This document shows positions 29,347 through 39,418 of a stretch of DNA of 64,000 bases, in pieces (position 1 is the first letter of the stretch; each line of letters opens with the position of its first letter). The notes below the pieces were generated by a model that had not been told where the DNA came from, ran no database searches, and saw only the letters and a list, made by a program, of their open reading frames with translations. The position numbers and the translations under genes were made by a program. Origin of the DNA: Patescibacteria group bacterium (GTDB lineage: Bacteria > Patescibacteriota > Patescibacteriia > UBA2591 > JAQUPP01); assembly GCA_028716665.1 (NCBI GenBank), contig JAQUPP010000001.1, positions 282,860 through 346,859 of the forward strand. Reading direction: 5' to 3'.

Positions 29347-30705
29347 ATGAATATATTGAAATTAATTTTATTTTTATTCATTCCCGGTTTATTAGGCTGG
29401 GGTATTTTAAGACCATTAATAGGTCAAAAAGAAAAATTTAATTTTTTTAAATTAATGATTTTGTCTTTTGGCTTGGGCACCGGAATACTTACTTTTTTAA
29501 TGTTTTTTTGGGGATTTTTAAATTTGCCTATTAAATATTTTATAATTTTTATTTCAATTTTGGCCGGTTTGATTTTAATATTTTACATATTCTTGGGCGG
29601 GCGTTGGAAAATGCCGAAAATTAAAATGCGCCGGTTTGATTTTAATTGGTTGGAAATGATTTTAATTTTAATTATTCTTTTCCAGGTTTTTTATGTTTTT
29701 TCCACCAGTATGATGCGGCCGATTATAAATTTTGACGCTGTAGCCAATTACGGTCTTAAGGCAAAAATGATTTTTTATGAAATTAAAAACTTTTTCAACT
29801 TGGATTCCAATATATTTTTAGGCGGCGATTCGCATATTAATTATCCTCTTCATATTCCTTTGTTGATGGCTTGGACTTATTTCGGCATGGGCCAGGTAAA
29901 TGATGTTTTAGTAAACATAATTTTTGCTTTTTATTTTTTGGCTTTAATCGGTTTTGTTTATTTAAGTTTAAAAGAAAAAATCGGCCGTCAAAATTCTTTG
30001 ATTTTTACCATGTTTTTGGCTACTCTGCCGCTTTTAAATTATCACGGTTTTAACGCTTATTGCGATTTGCCCTTGGCTTTTTATTTTACCGTGGCCGCCA
30101 TTTCCTTGTTTAAATATTTTAAAAATAAAAACAAAACCGACCTGATTTTGGCCGGTATTTTTGCCGGATTAACAACCTGGATTAAAAACGAAGGATTGAT
30201 TTTGGCCGGTATTTTAATTATTGTTTTCGTAATTTATTTGATTCTTGAAAAAATAATAAAATTTAAATTTAAAAGTTTTTTGTTGTTTATTTTTTGTTTT
30301 TTGATTTTCTTTTTGCCATGGTTTCTTTTTAAAATAATTTTCGGTTTCGGTTACAGCAATCTTTCTCCGGAGGCCGTATTTTTAAACGGTTTTCATCCCG
30401 AAATTTTTTCAAAAATTTTGGAGCAATTATTTATTTTTCATTCTTTCCATATTTGGCCTGGCATTTTTTTGATAATTTTAATTTTAAATTGGCGACAAGT
30501 TTTTATTAAACCTAATATTTATTTGTTTTTAATTATTTTTGGCGCTTTGACCGGTTTTTTATTTATTTATCTTTTTACTTCGGCTTATCAATTTGTGATA
30601 GATAGCACGGCCAGCAGCCGCAATTTATTGGTTATTATGCCGTTAACCGTTTTTTTGGCAGGCCTGCTTTATAAGGGTGGTAAGAAAGAGGAAAATTTGT
30701 TATAA
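29347..30705 (+). CDS. GT-C-type polytopic glycosyltransferase (ArnT/PMT-like)
   Basis: many TMs, D..NY..KA, YP, YCDLP, KNEG motifs. Confidence 0.7.
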   Translation: MNILKLILFLFIPGLLGWGILRPLIGQKEKFNFFKLMILSFGLGTGILTFLMFFWGFLNLPIKYFIIFISILAGLILIFYIFLGGRWKMPKIKMRRFDFNWLEMILILIILFQVFYVFSTSMMRPIINFDAVANYGLKAKMIFYEIKNFFNLDSNIFLGGDSHINYPLHIPLLMAWTYFGMGQVNDVLVNIIFAFYFLALIGFVYLSLKEKIGRQNSLIFTMFLATLPLLNYHGFNAYCDLPLAFYFTVAAISLFKYFKNKNKTDLILAGIFAGLTTWIKNEGLILAGILIIVFVIYLILEKIIKFKFKSFLLFIFCFLIFFLPWFLFKIIFGFGYSNLSPEAVFLNGFHPEIFSKILEQLFIFHSFHIWPGIFLIILILNWRQVFIKPNIYLFLIIFGALTGFLFIYLFTSAYQFVIDSTASSRNLLVIMPLTVFLAGLLYKGGKKEENLL

Positions 30706-30715
30706 TTAAGTCATT

Positions 30716-31489
30716 ATGAATGTTTTTTATTGGTTCTTCAGTTTTATTTTTGGCTTGTCAATCGGCAGTTTTTTGAACTGTTTGATTTGGCGTTTGCATA
30801 TTAAAAAATCAATTCAAGGACGTTCTGTTTGTCCTGATTGCGGCCATCAAATTGCCGGGTATGATAATATTCCTGTTTTAAGTTTTATTTTTTTAAAAGG
30901 GCGTTGCCGTCATTGCCATCAAAAAATTTCTTGGCAGTATCCGATAGTTGAATTGGCGACTGGTCTTCTTTTTGTATTTTCTTTTTTAATTTTAGATTCC
31001 AGGCTTCATATTTTAGACTCTATATTTTATATTTCACTTTTTCGCTATTGGATTATCTCAGCCGTTTTAATCTTTACTTTTGTTTATGATTTTAAATATC
31101 TTGAAATTGAAGATGTTGTTCTTCTGCCTTCGGCCGGAATAGTTTTTGTCTTGGATTTATTGCTCGGTTATTCGGCGATTAAAATATTTTTAACTGTTTT
31201 AATCGCTGTTCTTTTTTTTCTTCTCCAATATTGGATAACCAAAGGCAAAGGAGTTGGACTGGGCGATTATAGAATCGGTATTTTTATGGGCATGGCTTTG
31301 GGTAATTGGTCACAGTTGGCAGTGGCGATTTTTATTTCTTACATTGTCGGCACTTTAATCAGTTTAATTTTATTGATTGGCAAAAAGAAAGGAATAAAAA
31401 GCATGATTCCCCTGGGGCCGTTTTTGGCTATCGGAACATTTGCCGCAATTTTTTACGGTCAACAAATAATTAATTGGTACTTGTATTAG
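30716..31489 (+). CDS. pilD: prepilin peptidase
   Basis: GSFLN, RSVCPDC, GRCRHC, GLGD, PLGPFL. Confidence 0.94.
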   Translation: MNVFYWFFSFIFGLSIGSFLNCLIWRLHIKKSIQGRSVCPDCGHQIAGYDNIPVLSFIFLKGRCRHCHQKISWQYPIVELATGLLFVFSFLILDSRLHILDSIFYISLFRYWIISAVLIFTFVYDFKYLEIEDVVLLPSAGIVFVLDLLLGYSAIKIFLTVLIAVLFFLLQYWITKGKGVGLGDYRIGIFMGMALGNWSQLAVAIFISYIVGTLISLILLIGKKKGIKSMIPLGPFLAIGTFAAIFYGQQIINWYLY

Positions 31490-31499
31490 AATTTAGAAT

Positions 31500-32069
31500 A
31501 TGGCAAATAAAAATATACTAAAACCGATTCCAAATTCCAATCCGCCAGCTGGCGGACCAAATTCCGGTAAAAGAGCTTTCACTCTTATTGAGCTTGTTGT
31601 TGTTATCAGTATTACAGCTTTAATTGCCGGGATGGTTTTTGCCAATATGAGAAGCGGCGGTCGTTCCGTAAATATTAATTCCGACGCGGAAAAATTAGCA
31701 GGAGTTATTAAACAGGCCCAAATGATGTCTTTAAGCGGCCAGCAAATTAATGGGATCAGGCCGGACGATGGATACGGCGTTTATATTACAACTAATTCTT
31801 ATAAACTTTTTGTTAATGATAATTTAGGCTCCAGTCATTTATATGAAGCCGAAGATACGGTTGTTCAATCTTTTGATTTTACTCAGTATGTGGAAGCGAG
31901 TCCGACCGGAACGACCATAATTTTTATTCCACCTCAGAGTACAATTTATGTTGATGGAAGCCAACTTGGGGATCCGAAAACATTAATCCTCACTCAAACT
32001 CAAGAAAATTTAAATGCTTATGTGAGAATTAAGGCTTATGGCGAAGTTGATGTCCGCAAGTCGCCATAG
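31500..32069 (+). CDS. minor type IV pilin (FimU/GspH-like)
   Basis: class III signal KRA|FTLIEL. Confidence 0.85.
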   Translation: MANKNILKPIPNSNPPAGGPNSGKRAFTLIELVVVISITALIAGMVFANMRSGGRSVNINSDAEKLAGVIKQAQMMSLSGQQINGIRPDDGYGVYITTNSYKLFVNDNLGSSHLYEAEDTVVQSFDFTQYVEASPTGTTIIFIPPQSTIYVDGSQLGDPKTLILTQTQENLNAYVRIKAYGEVDVRKSP

Positions 32070-32114
32070 TAATCAAAATCTTAAAAATTATTTTAGAAAT
32101 CAAAATTATAAATT

Positions 32115-32645
32115 ATGAAACGCAGCGCGCAAAGTTTAATTGAGACCATTGTTGCTATTGGCATGATCACGGTCGCCATAGTGGCTATTTTATCTGTAGG
32201 TTTAAGCAATTTAATGTTAAGCGGACAAACCTCGGAAAGAGTGATAGCGACAAATTTGGCTCGCGAAGGGGTTGAAATTATTAATGCCATCAGGAGTAGC
32301 CAAAGATTGGATCCGGATCAAACCTGGCCTTATGGTATGACAAATGGCAATTGGATAGTTGATTACGACGATTCCAGTTTAACCGCAGCCGATTCCGCTA
32401 CAATTGGTGCATGTGATAATTGCAGTCTTTATATAACCGGTAATGATGTTTATACTCGTGATTCCGGCAGTAATACATTAACGATTTATCGCAGATTAAT
32501 TAATATTTCTGATGGCGATATTTTAGGCGGAAATTGTCTTAACGTGGGAGATTGCGAAAAAATAATTACCTCCACGGTTTATTGGACAGAGAGAGGAAGA
32601 CCGCACAGTATTGAACTTAAAACTCATTTAACAGATTGGAGATAA
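32115..32645 (+). CDS. minor type IV pilin (PilV-like)
   Basis: A|QSLIET, ATNLAREGVE, short C-terminal LTDWR. Confidence 0.82.
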   Translation: MKRSAQSLIETIVAIGMITVAIVAILSVGLSNLMLSGQTSERVIATNLAREGVEIINAIRSSQRLDPDQTWPYGMTNGNWIVDYDDSSLTAADSATIGACDNCSLYITGNDVYTRDSGSNTLTIYRRLINISDGDILGGNCLNVGDCEKIITSTVYWTERGRPHSIELKTHLTDWR

Positions 32646-32703
32646 AGATGGAATCTAGAATATGGAATTTAGAATTTAGAATAAAAAACAAAAAATTTAA
32701 AAT

Positions 32704-33762
32704 ATGGAAGAAAGAACAATAATAAAATCATTTACTGATTTGATGGTGTGGCAGGAAAGCCATAAGCTTATTTTATTGATTTATAAAATTACCAAAAAAT
32801 TTCCAAAAGAAGAACTTTTTGGTTTAACAAATCAAATGCGTCGAGCCGGAGTTTCAATTACGTCTAATATCGCTGAAGGATTTTCCAGACAAAGTTTTAA
32901 AGAAAAATTACAGTTTTATTATATGGCTCTTGGCTCACTGACTGAAGTCCAAAATCAATTTTTAATAGCCAAAGATTTAAAATATTTAGATCAAATAGAG
33001 TTTAGAGAAGCTATTGGGCAAATAACAAGCGTTCATAAATTATTGAATGCTTTTATTAAAAAATCTAAATTGATTCTAAGTTCTAATCCAAATTCCAAAT
33101 TCCAAATTCCAAATTCTAGTAATAAGGGTTTCACCCTCATTGAGCTTTTGATTTCTTTAAGTATTTTAGTAGTAGTGATCTTATCAGCAGTTGGTATTTA
33201 TATTAATATTATCGGCACGCGCAGTAAAAGTTTGGGGCAATTGAATCTTCAGGAAGATGGGCAGTATATCATGAGCTTGATTGTGAAAGATATCCGCGCC
33301 AATAAAATAGATTATGATGAATATGGCGATAGTGATGAGAAAGATTGCGGAATTATAAACGTGAGCACCCTGAAAGTAGGAGACAATACTTCATCAAGAG
33401 TGGCAAAATTATGTTTACTTGATTTTAGTGCGACGCCGAATAAAATCAGATATAAAAGATGTCTTGATCCGAATAATGCAAACAGAGGTGTCCTAAAAAT
33501 ATGCAGAGGTGTTGACTGCACGACCAATGATTGTCCCTCCACGGGCGATACTTATCAAACAATAACTATGGCTAATTTGGGTGTTGAGCGCCTTGATTTT
33601 TATATCAATCCGTTTACTAATCCTTTTACGGCCGGTTCTATTACTTATATTCATCCTCGGGTTACTATAATTTTAAAATTAAAATCTTTAATTGAGAAAC
33701 CCGGTGAAAAACAAATAATTCTTGAGCAGACGGTTCCCCAGAGATACGAGCTCAAAAAATAG
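32704..33762 (+). CDS. four-helix-bundle protein fused in frame to a PilW-like minor pilin
   Basis: SFTDLMVWQ...FPKEELFGLTNQMRRAGVSITSNIAEG in aa 1-125; KG|FTLIELL at aa 141-149. Confidence 0.88.
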   Translation: MEERTIIKSFTDLMVWQESHKLILLIYKITKKFPKEELFGLTNQMRRAGVSITSNIAEGFSRQSFKEKLQFYYMALGSLTEVQNQFLIAKDLKYLDQIEFREAIGQITSVHKLLNAFIKKSKLILSSNPNSKFQIPNSSNKGFTLIELLISLSILVVVILSAVGIYINIIGTRSKSLGQLNLQEDGQYIMSLIVKDIRANKIDYDEYGDSDEKDCGIINVSTLKVGDNTSSRVAKLCLLDFSATPNKIRYKRCLDPNNANRGVLKICRGVDCTTNDCPSTGDTYQTITMANLGVERLDFYINPFTNPFTAGSITYIHPRVTIILKLKSLIEKPGEKQIILEQTVPQRYELKK

Positions 33763-33821
33763 AATTTGGAATTTAGAATATAGAATTTAGAAAAAATAAA
33801 AATAAGAAAATAACATAAAAT

Positions 33822-34598
33822 ATGGAAAATAAAAATATACTAAAACTGGTTCCAAATTCCAATCCGCCAGCTGGCGGACCAAATTCTAGTAAAGATGGTC
33901 TTTCCATAATTTTAATTCTTTTGATTATTTCTTCTATTTTAACGGGCACGGTTATCGTTGGAGAAACTATTGTTAGACATACGCAGATAGTCAAAGGCGC
34001 TGAAGTTTCCGAAAAAGCCTTTTTTGCCGCTGAAACCGCGGTTGAAAAAGCGATTTATGGAGTGTTTAAAAATTACGCCAGTGTTACCACCGTTACCGAG
34101 GGCAGTATAATTTATGGCGCGACTTCCGCGACTTATTCAGCCAGTGTTAGCATCGACGTTGAAAATCCCGATACGGGTATTGATATAACAAATAGTGATC
34201 CTTGGATAATTTCTTTGGGAGAAGGAGAATCCTTTCAATTGAATTTGGATCTAAACAGCACGGCTTATCCTACGGCCTTGAGAATTGATCGGACGGGCGA
34301 TGGTTTTGGTGATTTGATTTTTTATCAATGTACCGCTTCCAGTAACGGATGTTCTTCTACGGAAAATCAAATTTTTTACTCGAATTTTACCGGACAGGAT
34401 ATTACTTTTAGTCCGTCTATTCCGACAAATTATTATCGAATTAGAATAAATAATTCAGGCGGAACCGGCACTTATACTTTAAAACCAAATTCCGCTACCC
34501 TGCCGATTGGTGTAAATATCACGGCGGAAGGATTCTATGGCGGTTACGAACGTCAGATAAATGACAATTATCCGAAGTGGCAGAAATTCGGGATATAA
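33822..34598 (+). CDS. minor pilin (PilX-like)
   Basis: DG|LSII hydrophobic helix lacking E5, KAFFAAETAVEKA motif. Confidence 0.8.
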   Translation: MENKNILKLVPNSNPPAGGPNSSKDGLSIILILLIISSILTGTVIVGETIVRHTQIVKGAEVSEKAFFAAETAVEKAIYGVFKNYASVTTVTEGSIIYGATSATYSASVSIDVENPDTGIDITNSDPWIISLGEGESFQLNLDLNSTAYPTALRIDRTGDGFGDLIFYQCTASSNGCSSTENQIFYSNFTGQDITFSPSIPTNYYRIRINNSGGTGTYTLKPNSATLPIGVNITAEGFYGGYERQINDNYPKWQKFGI

Positions 34599-34705
34599 TT
34601 TTTTTAATGTTTTTATCCACCCTTAAAGAATTGTAAATTTTATAATTAGTAATATACTTAATAGTATAATAATTAAAATTCTCAGAAAGAATTTTTAATA
34701 AAAAT

Positions 34706-37700
34706 ATGAAAATTTCCAATAAAGCGATAACTAATAAATTTTTAGTAAAAAGTTTTTTTATCGCTATTTTAATTATCAGTGCCAGCGCAATGGTTGTTTT
34801 TGCCTGGACAGAACCGACTTTAAGTCCGCCGGACGGAAATACTTCGCCGCCGATTAATGAGGGTTTAACCAGCCAGGGCAAGCTGGGTAATTTAGGTGTT
34901 GGAACAACAAGTCCGATAGAAAAACTTGAAATATATTCCGGAAATATTAATATTCGCCGTCCGGATAATAGCGCTACTATGGGCCTTCTTTTTTCTCAAG
35001 GAGTTAATGATTTATGGAGAACTTATATAACCAATGATAGCGCATCTGACTTAAGATTCCGGGCAGGCGCTACCGACCATATGACAATTCAATATTCTAC
35101 TGGCAATGTCGGCATCGGAACAACAGTTCCAGGATATCCATTGACAGTCAATGGCATTGTCCAAATTGGAACTAATTTATATCTTAATGGCGGAACGACA
35201 AAATATCTTTATGCCTCAGGGAGTGAATTAAGGATTGGAAGCCTCGGCGGCGGTGGTTTTATTTCATTTTACGGCAATGACGGTTCAAATCGCGAAATGA
35301 TGAGAATGACAGGCGCGAATTTGGGTATCGGGACAACAATTCCGGCATACAAGTTAGATGTGGTAGATAATACAAATGATATTAATGTTGGAGTTCGCGC
35401 AACGGCTGCTTCTAAAGCCGTTTATCTTAGATTAGAAGGTACTCACACTACCTATGGTGGTGTTATATATAAGACATCGGGGGCTGATACTTGGAAATTG
35501 GGAAATTTCGGAGATACTGCCGATTCCTTTAATATTTATACAGCAGGTTCAAATAGAATGACAGTATTATCCGGTGGCAACATCGGCATCGGGACAACAA
35601 TCCCGACTACGGTCTTAGATATTAATGGTGCTTTAACCGCTCGAGGTATGGCTGCTCCTTCAACTTCACCTGCGGGTCAAGGCAGAATATATTTTGATTC
35701 AACGGCCAATGTATTTAAGGTTTCAGAACATGGTGGCGTTTATACTAATCTTGTGGGTGGAAATTATTGGACCCGCGATAGTGGAAATGGATATCTTTAT
35801 TCTACGACTCTTACTGACAAAGTCGGTATCGGGACAACGGTTCCGGGGTATAAATTACAGATCAACAATACAGCAAAATCCGGGGCTGATAATGCGTTAG
35901 TCGCGATTAGCAGTTCTGATGCGACAAATCCTTTTCAATTTATTATTGGTAGGTCTGCGGCAGGAGCAGATTCTTATTACTCACTCCAATCAGTCGAGCA
36001 GAATACTGGTTATCGGGATATCGTGTTGCAACCAAATGGCGGCAATGTCGGAATTGGAACAACGGATCCGGGAGCGTATAAATTAAATGTAAATGGACAA
36101 ATTTTAGCCACTAGCTATATTCGCAGTGATAGTTATGTCCAAAGTCGTTCAACCACTCCTTATCTTGATTTATATCAAGATGGACAACAAGAGTGGAAAA
36201 TTGGACAACTTACAGCTGGCAGTAAAACTTTAACATTACAAGCTACTGGAGCAGCATCTCCAGATGTAATGACTTTATTGTCAACGGGTAATGTCGGTAT
36301 TGGGACAACAGTACCGGTTTCACCGTTGCATATTTATAAAGCAGTTGGCGGTGGAGGTATTACTACTTTTCTTACATTAGATCCGCATAGCGGAACCAAT
36401 GAAGATGGTTCAGCTATTGATTTTATTACTTCAACAGATACGGCAACTGTGGGAACTAAAATTGCAGGGGTGCGCGATGCGGCAGGTGCGTATGCTTCTT
36501 TAAGATTTACAACAAGAGGTTCAGATGGATTATTAGAACGAGTCAGAATAGCAAATAACGGCAAAGTCGGCATCGGGACGACAATACCGGGATATAAACT
36601 TGATGTTTGGGATTCCGGAGATGCGGCTATAACCAGAATTAATAATAATAACACAACCCATTACTATACCGGTTTGCGATTAGACAGAGAAGCTTCAGAG
36701 AAATGGTTTGTGGGTATGAATGCCACTGCCAGTAATGATAATTTAGTATTCAGGCGAGCAGGCACTACTGATGATATGGTAATCAGCACGAGCGGTTATG
36801 TCGGCATTGGAACAACCGCGCCAATATCGCAATTATCCGTAGCCATACCATACGCAAAAACCGATACCACAGAGCGCGATGCAATTAACATGGTGACCAA
36901 TGATACAAATCCCTTTAAACTGAATTTTTCAATTACAGGAGCGGCCACCATAGCCAATCGAGCGGCAATTTTACAAACCAGCGATAGTGGCTTGGCTTAT
37001 GGCGGAAATTTAATTCTTCAACCGAATACGGGCAATGTCGGTATTGGGACAACTGGACCAAGTGCTAATAAATTAGTTGTTGATGGCGGCGGACTTACTT
37101 TTCAAGGCGGCGGTTCTCATTATATTACCGGTTTAACGCCATTGGGAGCTGGCGATCCTGATACTTATGCCGCGAATAAAGGTTATGTTGATGCTATCGC
37201 AACGGGCAGTGTTGGTCTTTGGCAAGGTAGTATGACTGGCAATATTTATAAGGCTAATTCCGGCAATGTCGGCATCGGAACGACAGTGCCAGTAGAATTA
37301 TTGCATCTTAAAAAAGACCAAGCAGCTTATACAAATATAAAAATTGAAAATGCCAATTCTGCTGGAGCTGCGCAGGTATTTATGATTAATGATTTAGGTA
37401 GTGCCTACACTCAAGGACTATATGGTTCTACTCATGACGCCTATGGTGCCGTTTCTGCAAATGGTGGATTTACATATTTTAATGGGGCTGGTGGATTAAC
37501 CCTAATGGCAGATAATGCTGCGGGAATTATTAAATTTGCTACAGGAGGTAATAGTGAAAAGGTTCGAATTAATAGTACTGGTTATGTCGGCATCGGAACA
37601 ACAAACCCCTTAGAAAAACTTGAAGTATATTCTGGGAATATTCGTACTCACCGACCGGATAATAGCACCACCATGGGCTATCTTTACGCTCAAGCAGGCA

Positions 37701-38752
37701 CTGATTTATGGAGAACCTATACAACAAATGATAGCGCATCTGATTTAAGATTCCGAGCAGGCGCTACCGACCACATGGCAATTAAATATTCTACCGGCTA
37801 TGTCGGTATTGGAACGACAGGCCCGACACATAATTTACAAGTAAATGGGTATAATACTACTGGTACAAGCGTTGTTAATACAAAGGGGAACTATGATTTT
37901 TATGCTCCGGCTGGTCAATATCCTAGAGATTTGGGATTTGGGGTGATAGCCGGACCTGTTACGGGTAATGTTAATTTATATGGCCTTACTGACTGGAAAA
38001 GTGGTTATGGCGGTTATATAGGTGCTTGGTCAGATGTTACTGCTGCAACCGAGGGGAATACTAATGCGGCAGGTGTTGTTTCTATTTTACGAGGAAGTCC
38101 AACTAACAGTAATGCCTTTGGTTTTTATTCTGATTTGTCTAATTTTTCTGGGGCAGGAGGTAATACAAAATATGGTATTTATAGTACTGGAGAAACTTAT
38201 GATTATTTTGCCGGCAATGTTGGTATTGGGACAACGGTACCTTCTAATCTTTTAAGTGTTTGGGGGCAATTGGCTGTTGGTGAAATAGACATGCTAGATG
38301 CTCCTGATGGTGATAGAAATATTACAAATGTTAATAAACTTACCGTTGCAACCATTGATCCGGTCTATGAAATTAATGGTAAAAAGTATGCGACTTATGC
38401 CGCTTCAATTGCTGGCGGAGTGAAAGAAGAATACACCGGCAAAGCAAAACTTTTTGAAACAAAAACTTCAGAATACGAATACATAATTGATTTTAATAAA
38501 ATAGAGATTGGCTCTGACTTATGGGTTTGGAGGAATGCAGTGGATTTCTCGCGCGATAACGTGGATATATTGATTACCCCTTATGGAGAATCAGCTGATA
38601 TATATTATTTGATTGAAGGCGATAAAATAATTATTCGCGGCGACAAAATGGTTGAATTTTCTTACCGTTTAACCGGCAAAAGATTTGATTGGCAAAATTG
38701 GCCAACCTTATCTAAAGACCAAAATGAAAAAGCTTCATTTATTATCAAATAG
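34706..38752 (+). CDS. giant secreted fibre/adhesin-like protein with about 14 GNVGIGTTxP modules
   Basis: signal peptide, AWTEP..PP.GN..PPIN, repeated GxVGIGTTxP, AANKGYVD neck-like motif. Confidence 0.85.
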   Translation: MKISNKAITNKFLVKSFFIAILIISASAMVVFAWTEPTLSPPDGNTSPPINEGLTSQGKLGNLGVGTTSPIEKLEIYSGNINIRRPDNSATMGLLFSQGVNDLWRTYITNDSASDLRFRAGATDHMTIQYSTGNVGIGTTVPGYPLTVNGIVQIGTNLYLNGGTTKYLYASGSELRIGSLGGGGFISFYGNDGSNREMMRMTGANLGIGTTIPAYKLDVVDNTNDINVGVRATAASKAVYLRLEGTHTTYGGVIYKTSGADTWKLGNFGDTADSFNIYTAGSNRMTVLSGGNIGIGTTIPTTVLDINGALTARGMAAPSTSPAGQGRIYFDSTANVFKVSEHGGVYTNLVGGNYWTRDSGNGYLYSTTLTDKVGIGTTVPGYKLQINNTAKSGADNALVAISSSDATNPFQFIIGRSAAGADSYYSLQSVEQNTGYRDIVLQPNGGNVGIGTTDPGAYKLNVNGQILATSYIRSDSYVQSRSTTPYLDLYQDGQQEWKIGQLTAGSKTLTLQATGAASPDVMTLLSTGNVGIGTTVPVSPLHIYKAVGGGGITTFLTLDPHSGTNEDGSAIDFITSTDTATVGTKIAGVRDAAGAYASLRFTTRGSDGLLERVRIANNGKVGIGTTIPGYKLDVWDSGDAAITRINNNNTTHYYTGLRLDREASEKWFVGMNATASNDNLVFRRAGTTDDMVISTSGYVGIGTTAPISQLSVAIPYAKTDTTERDAINMVTNDTNPFKLNFSITGAATIANRAAILQTSDSGLAYGGNLILQPNTGNVGIGTTGPSANKLVVDGGGLTFQGGGSHYITGLTPLGAGDPDTYAANKGYVDAIATGSVGLWQGSMTGNIYKANSGNVGIGTTVPVELLHLKKDQAAYTNIKIENANSAGAAQVFMINDLGSAYTQGLYGSTHDAYGAVSANGGFTYFNGAGGLTLMADNAAGIIKFATGGNSEKVRINSTGYVGIGTTNPLEKLEVYSGNIRTHRPDNSTTMGYLYAQAGTDLWRTYTTNDSASDLRFRAGATDHMAIKYSTGYVGIGTTGPTHNLQVNGYNTTGTSVVNTKGNYDFYAPAGQYPRDLGFGVIAGPVTGNVNLYGLTDWKSGYGGYIGAWSDVTAATEGNTNAAGVVSILRGSPTNSNAFGFYSDLSNFSGAGGNTKYGIYSTGETYDYFAGNVGIGTTVPSNLLSVWGQLAVGEIDMLDAPDGDRNITNVNKLTVATIDPVYEINGKKYATYAASIAGGVKEEYTGKAKLFETKTSEYEYIIDFNKIEIGSDLWVWRNAVDFSRDNVDILITPYGESADIYYLIEGDKIIIRGDKMVEFSYRLTGKRFDWQNWPTLSKDQNEKASFIIK

Positions 38753-38780
38753 AATAATTAATAATCTAATTATAAAATAT

Positions 38781-39398
38781 ATGAACAAAAAAATTATTTG
38801 GATAATTATAATTGTCGTGGTGATTATTGGCGCAGTTATCGTTATTTTAAATCTTCCCAAAAAATCAACTATTCCTGCCACAGGCCAGGGAGAAAAAACA
38901 ACTCCCGTGGTAGTTCCTGAAGGAACTGTAGCCGCCCCGGAATTAAATCTTTCGCAAATTGTAGAACCGAAAGCGATTGTGCCTGGTGCCAGTCCGGTTA
39001 CCGGAGAAGGAAAAATTTTAACTGATGAAGGAAAAATAGCCAGTCCGGAGGGCGTTGCCCCGGGGGCGAAAGAAACCCCAAAACCATCCGCGCCGATTGA
39101 AGAAAATAAAATTCCTAAATCAGCTTTGACGATAAAAGTGAGCGCTCAAAATGGTTATGAACCTTCTCAATTTCGGGCCAAGGCCGGCCAAGTAGTAACT
39201 CTTTGCTTAGTGGGACTTGATGATAAATCGCATAGTCTTAATTTTCGTCATCCGAGTTTAAGCGGGCTGGTGATTACTATTATTGGAACAGAAACAAGAT
39301 GTCTTACCTTTAATGCGCCGATCGCGGGAACTTATGAATTTGCTTGCAGCAATCCGGATCATTCCAAGGAAGTTGGCCAAATGTTTATTACAGAGTAA
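38781..39398 (+). CDS. membrane-anchored cupredoxin-domain protein
   Basis: TM, Pro-rich linker, H...GTYEFAC..PDH. Confidence 0.8.
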   Translation: MNKKIIWIIIIVVVIIGAVIVILNLPKKSTIPATGQGEKTTPVVVPEGTVAAPELNLSQIVEPKAIVPGASPVTGEGKILTDEGKIASPEGVAPGAKETPKPSAPIEENKIPKSALTIKVSAQNGYEPSQFRAKAGQVVTLCLVGLDDKSHSLNFRHPSLSGLVITIIGTETRCLTFNAPIAGTYEFACSNPDHSKEVGQMFITE

Positions 39399-39418
39399 CT
39401 TTAAAGGGTTTTGCCCTT

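Noticed and set aside
34886-37820. Diversity-generating retroelement TR/VR pair, suggested by Avd-like FHB genes and a duplicated module
   Set aside because: Differences include many synonymous C/T changes and are not confined to adenines; both copies are coding; no reverse transcriptase is in the window.
39344-39418. Upstream starts of the ORFs at 39344, 38685, 25564, 11314 and 10086
   Set aside because: They overlap upstream genes; later ATGs fit signal peptides or homology better.
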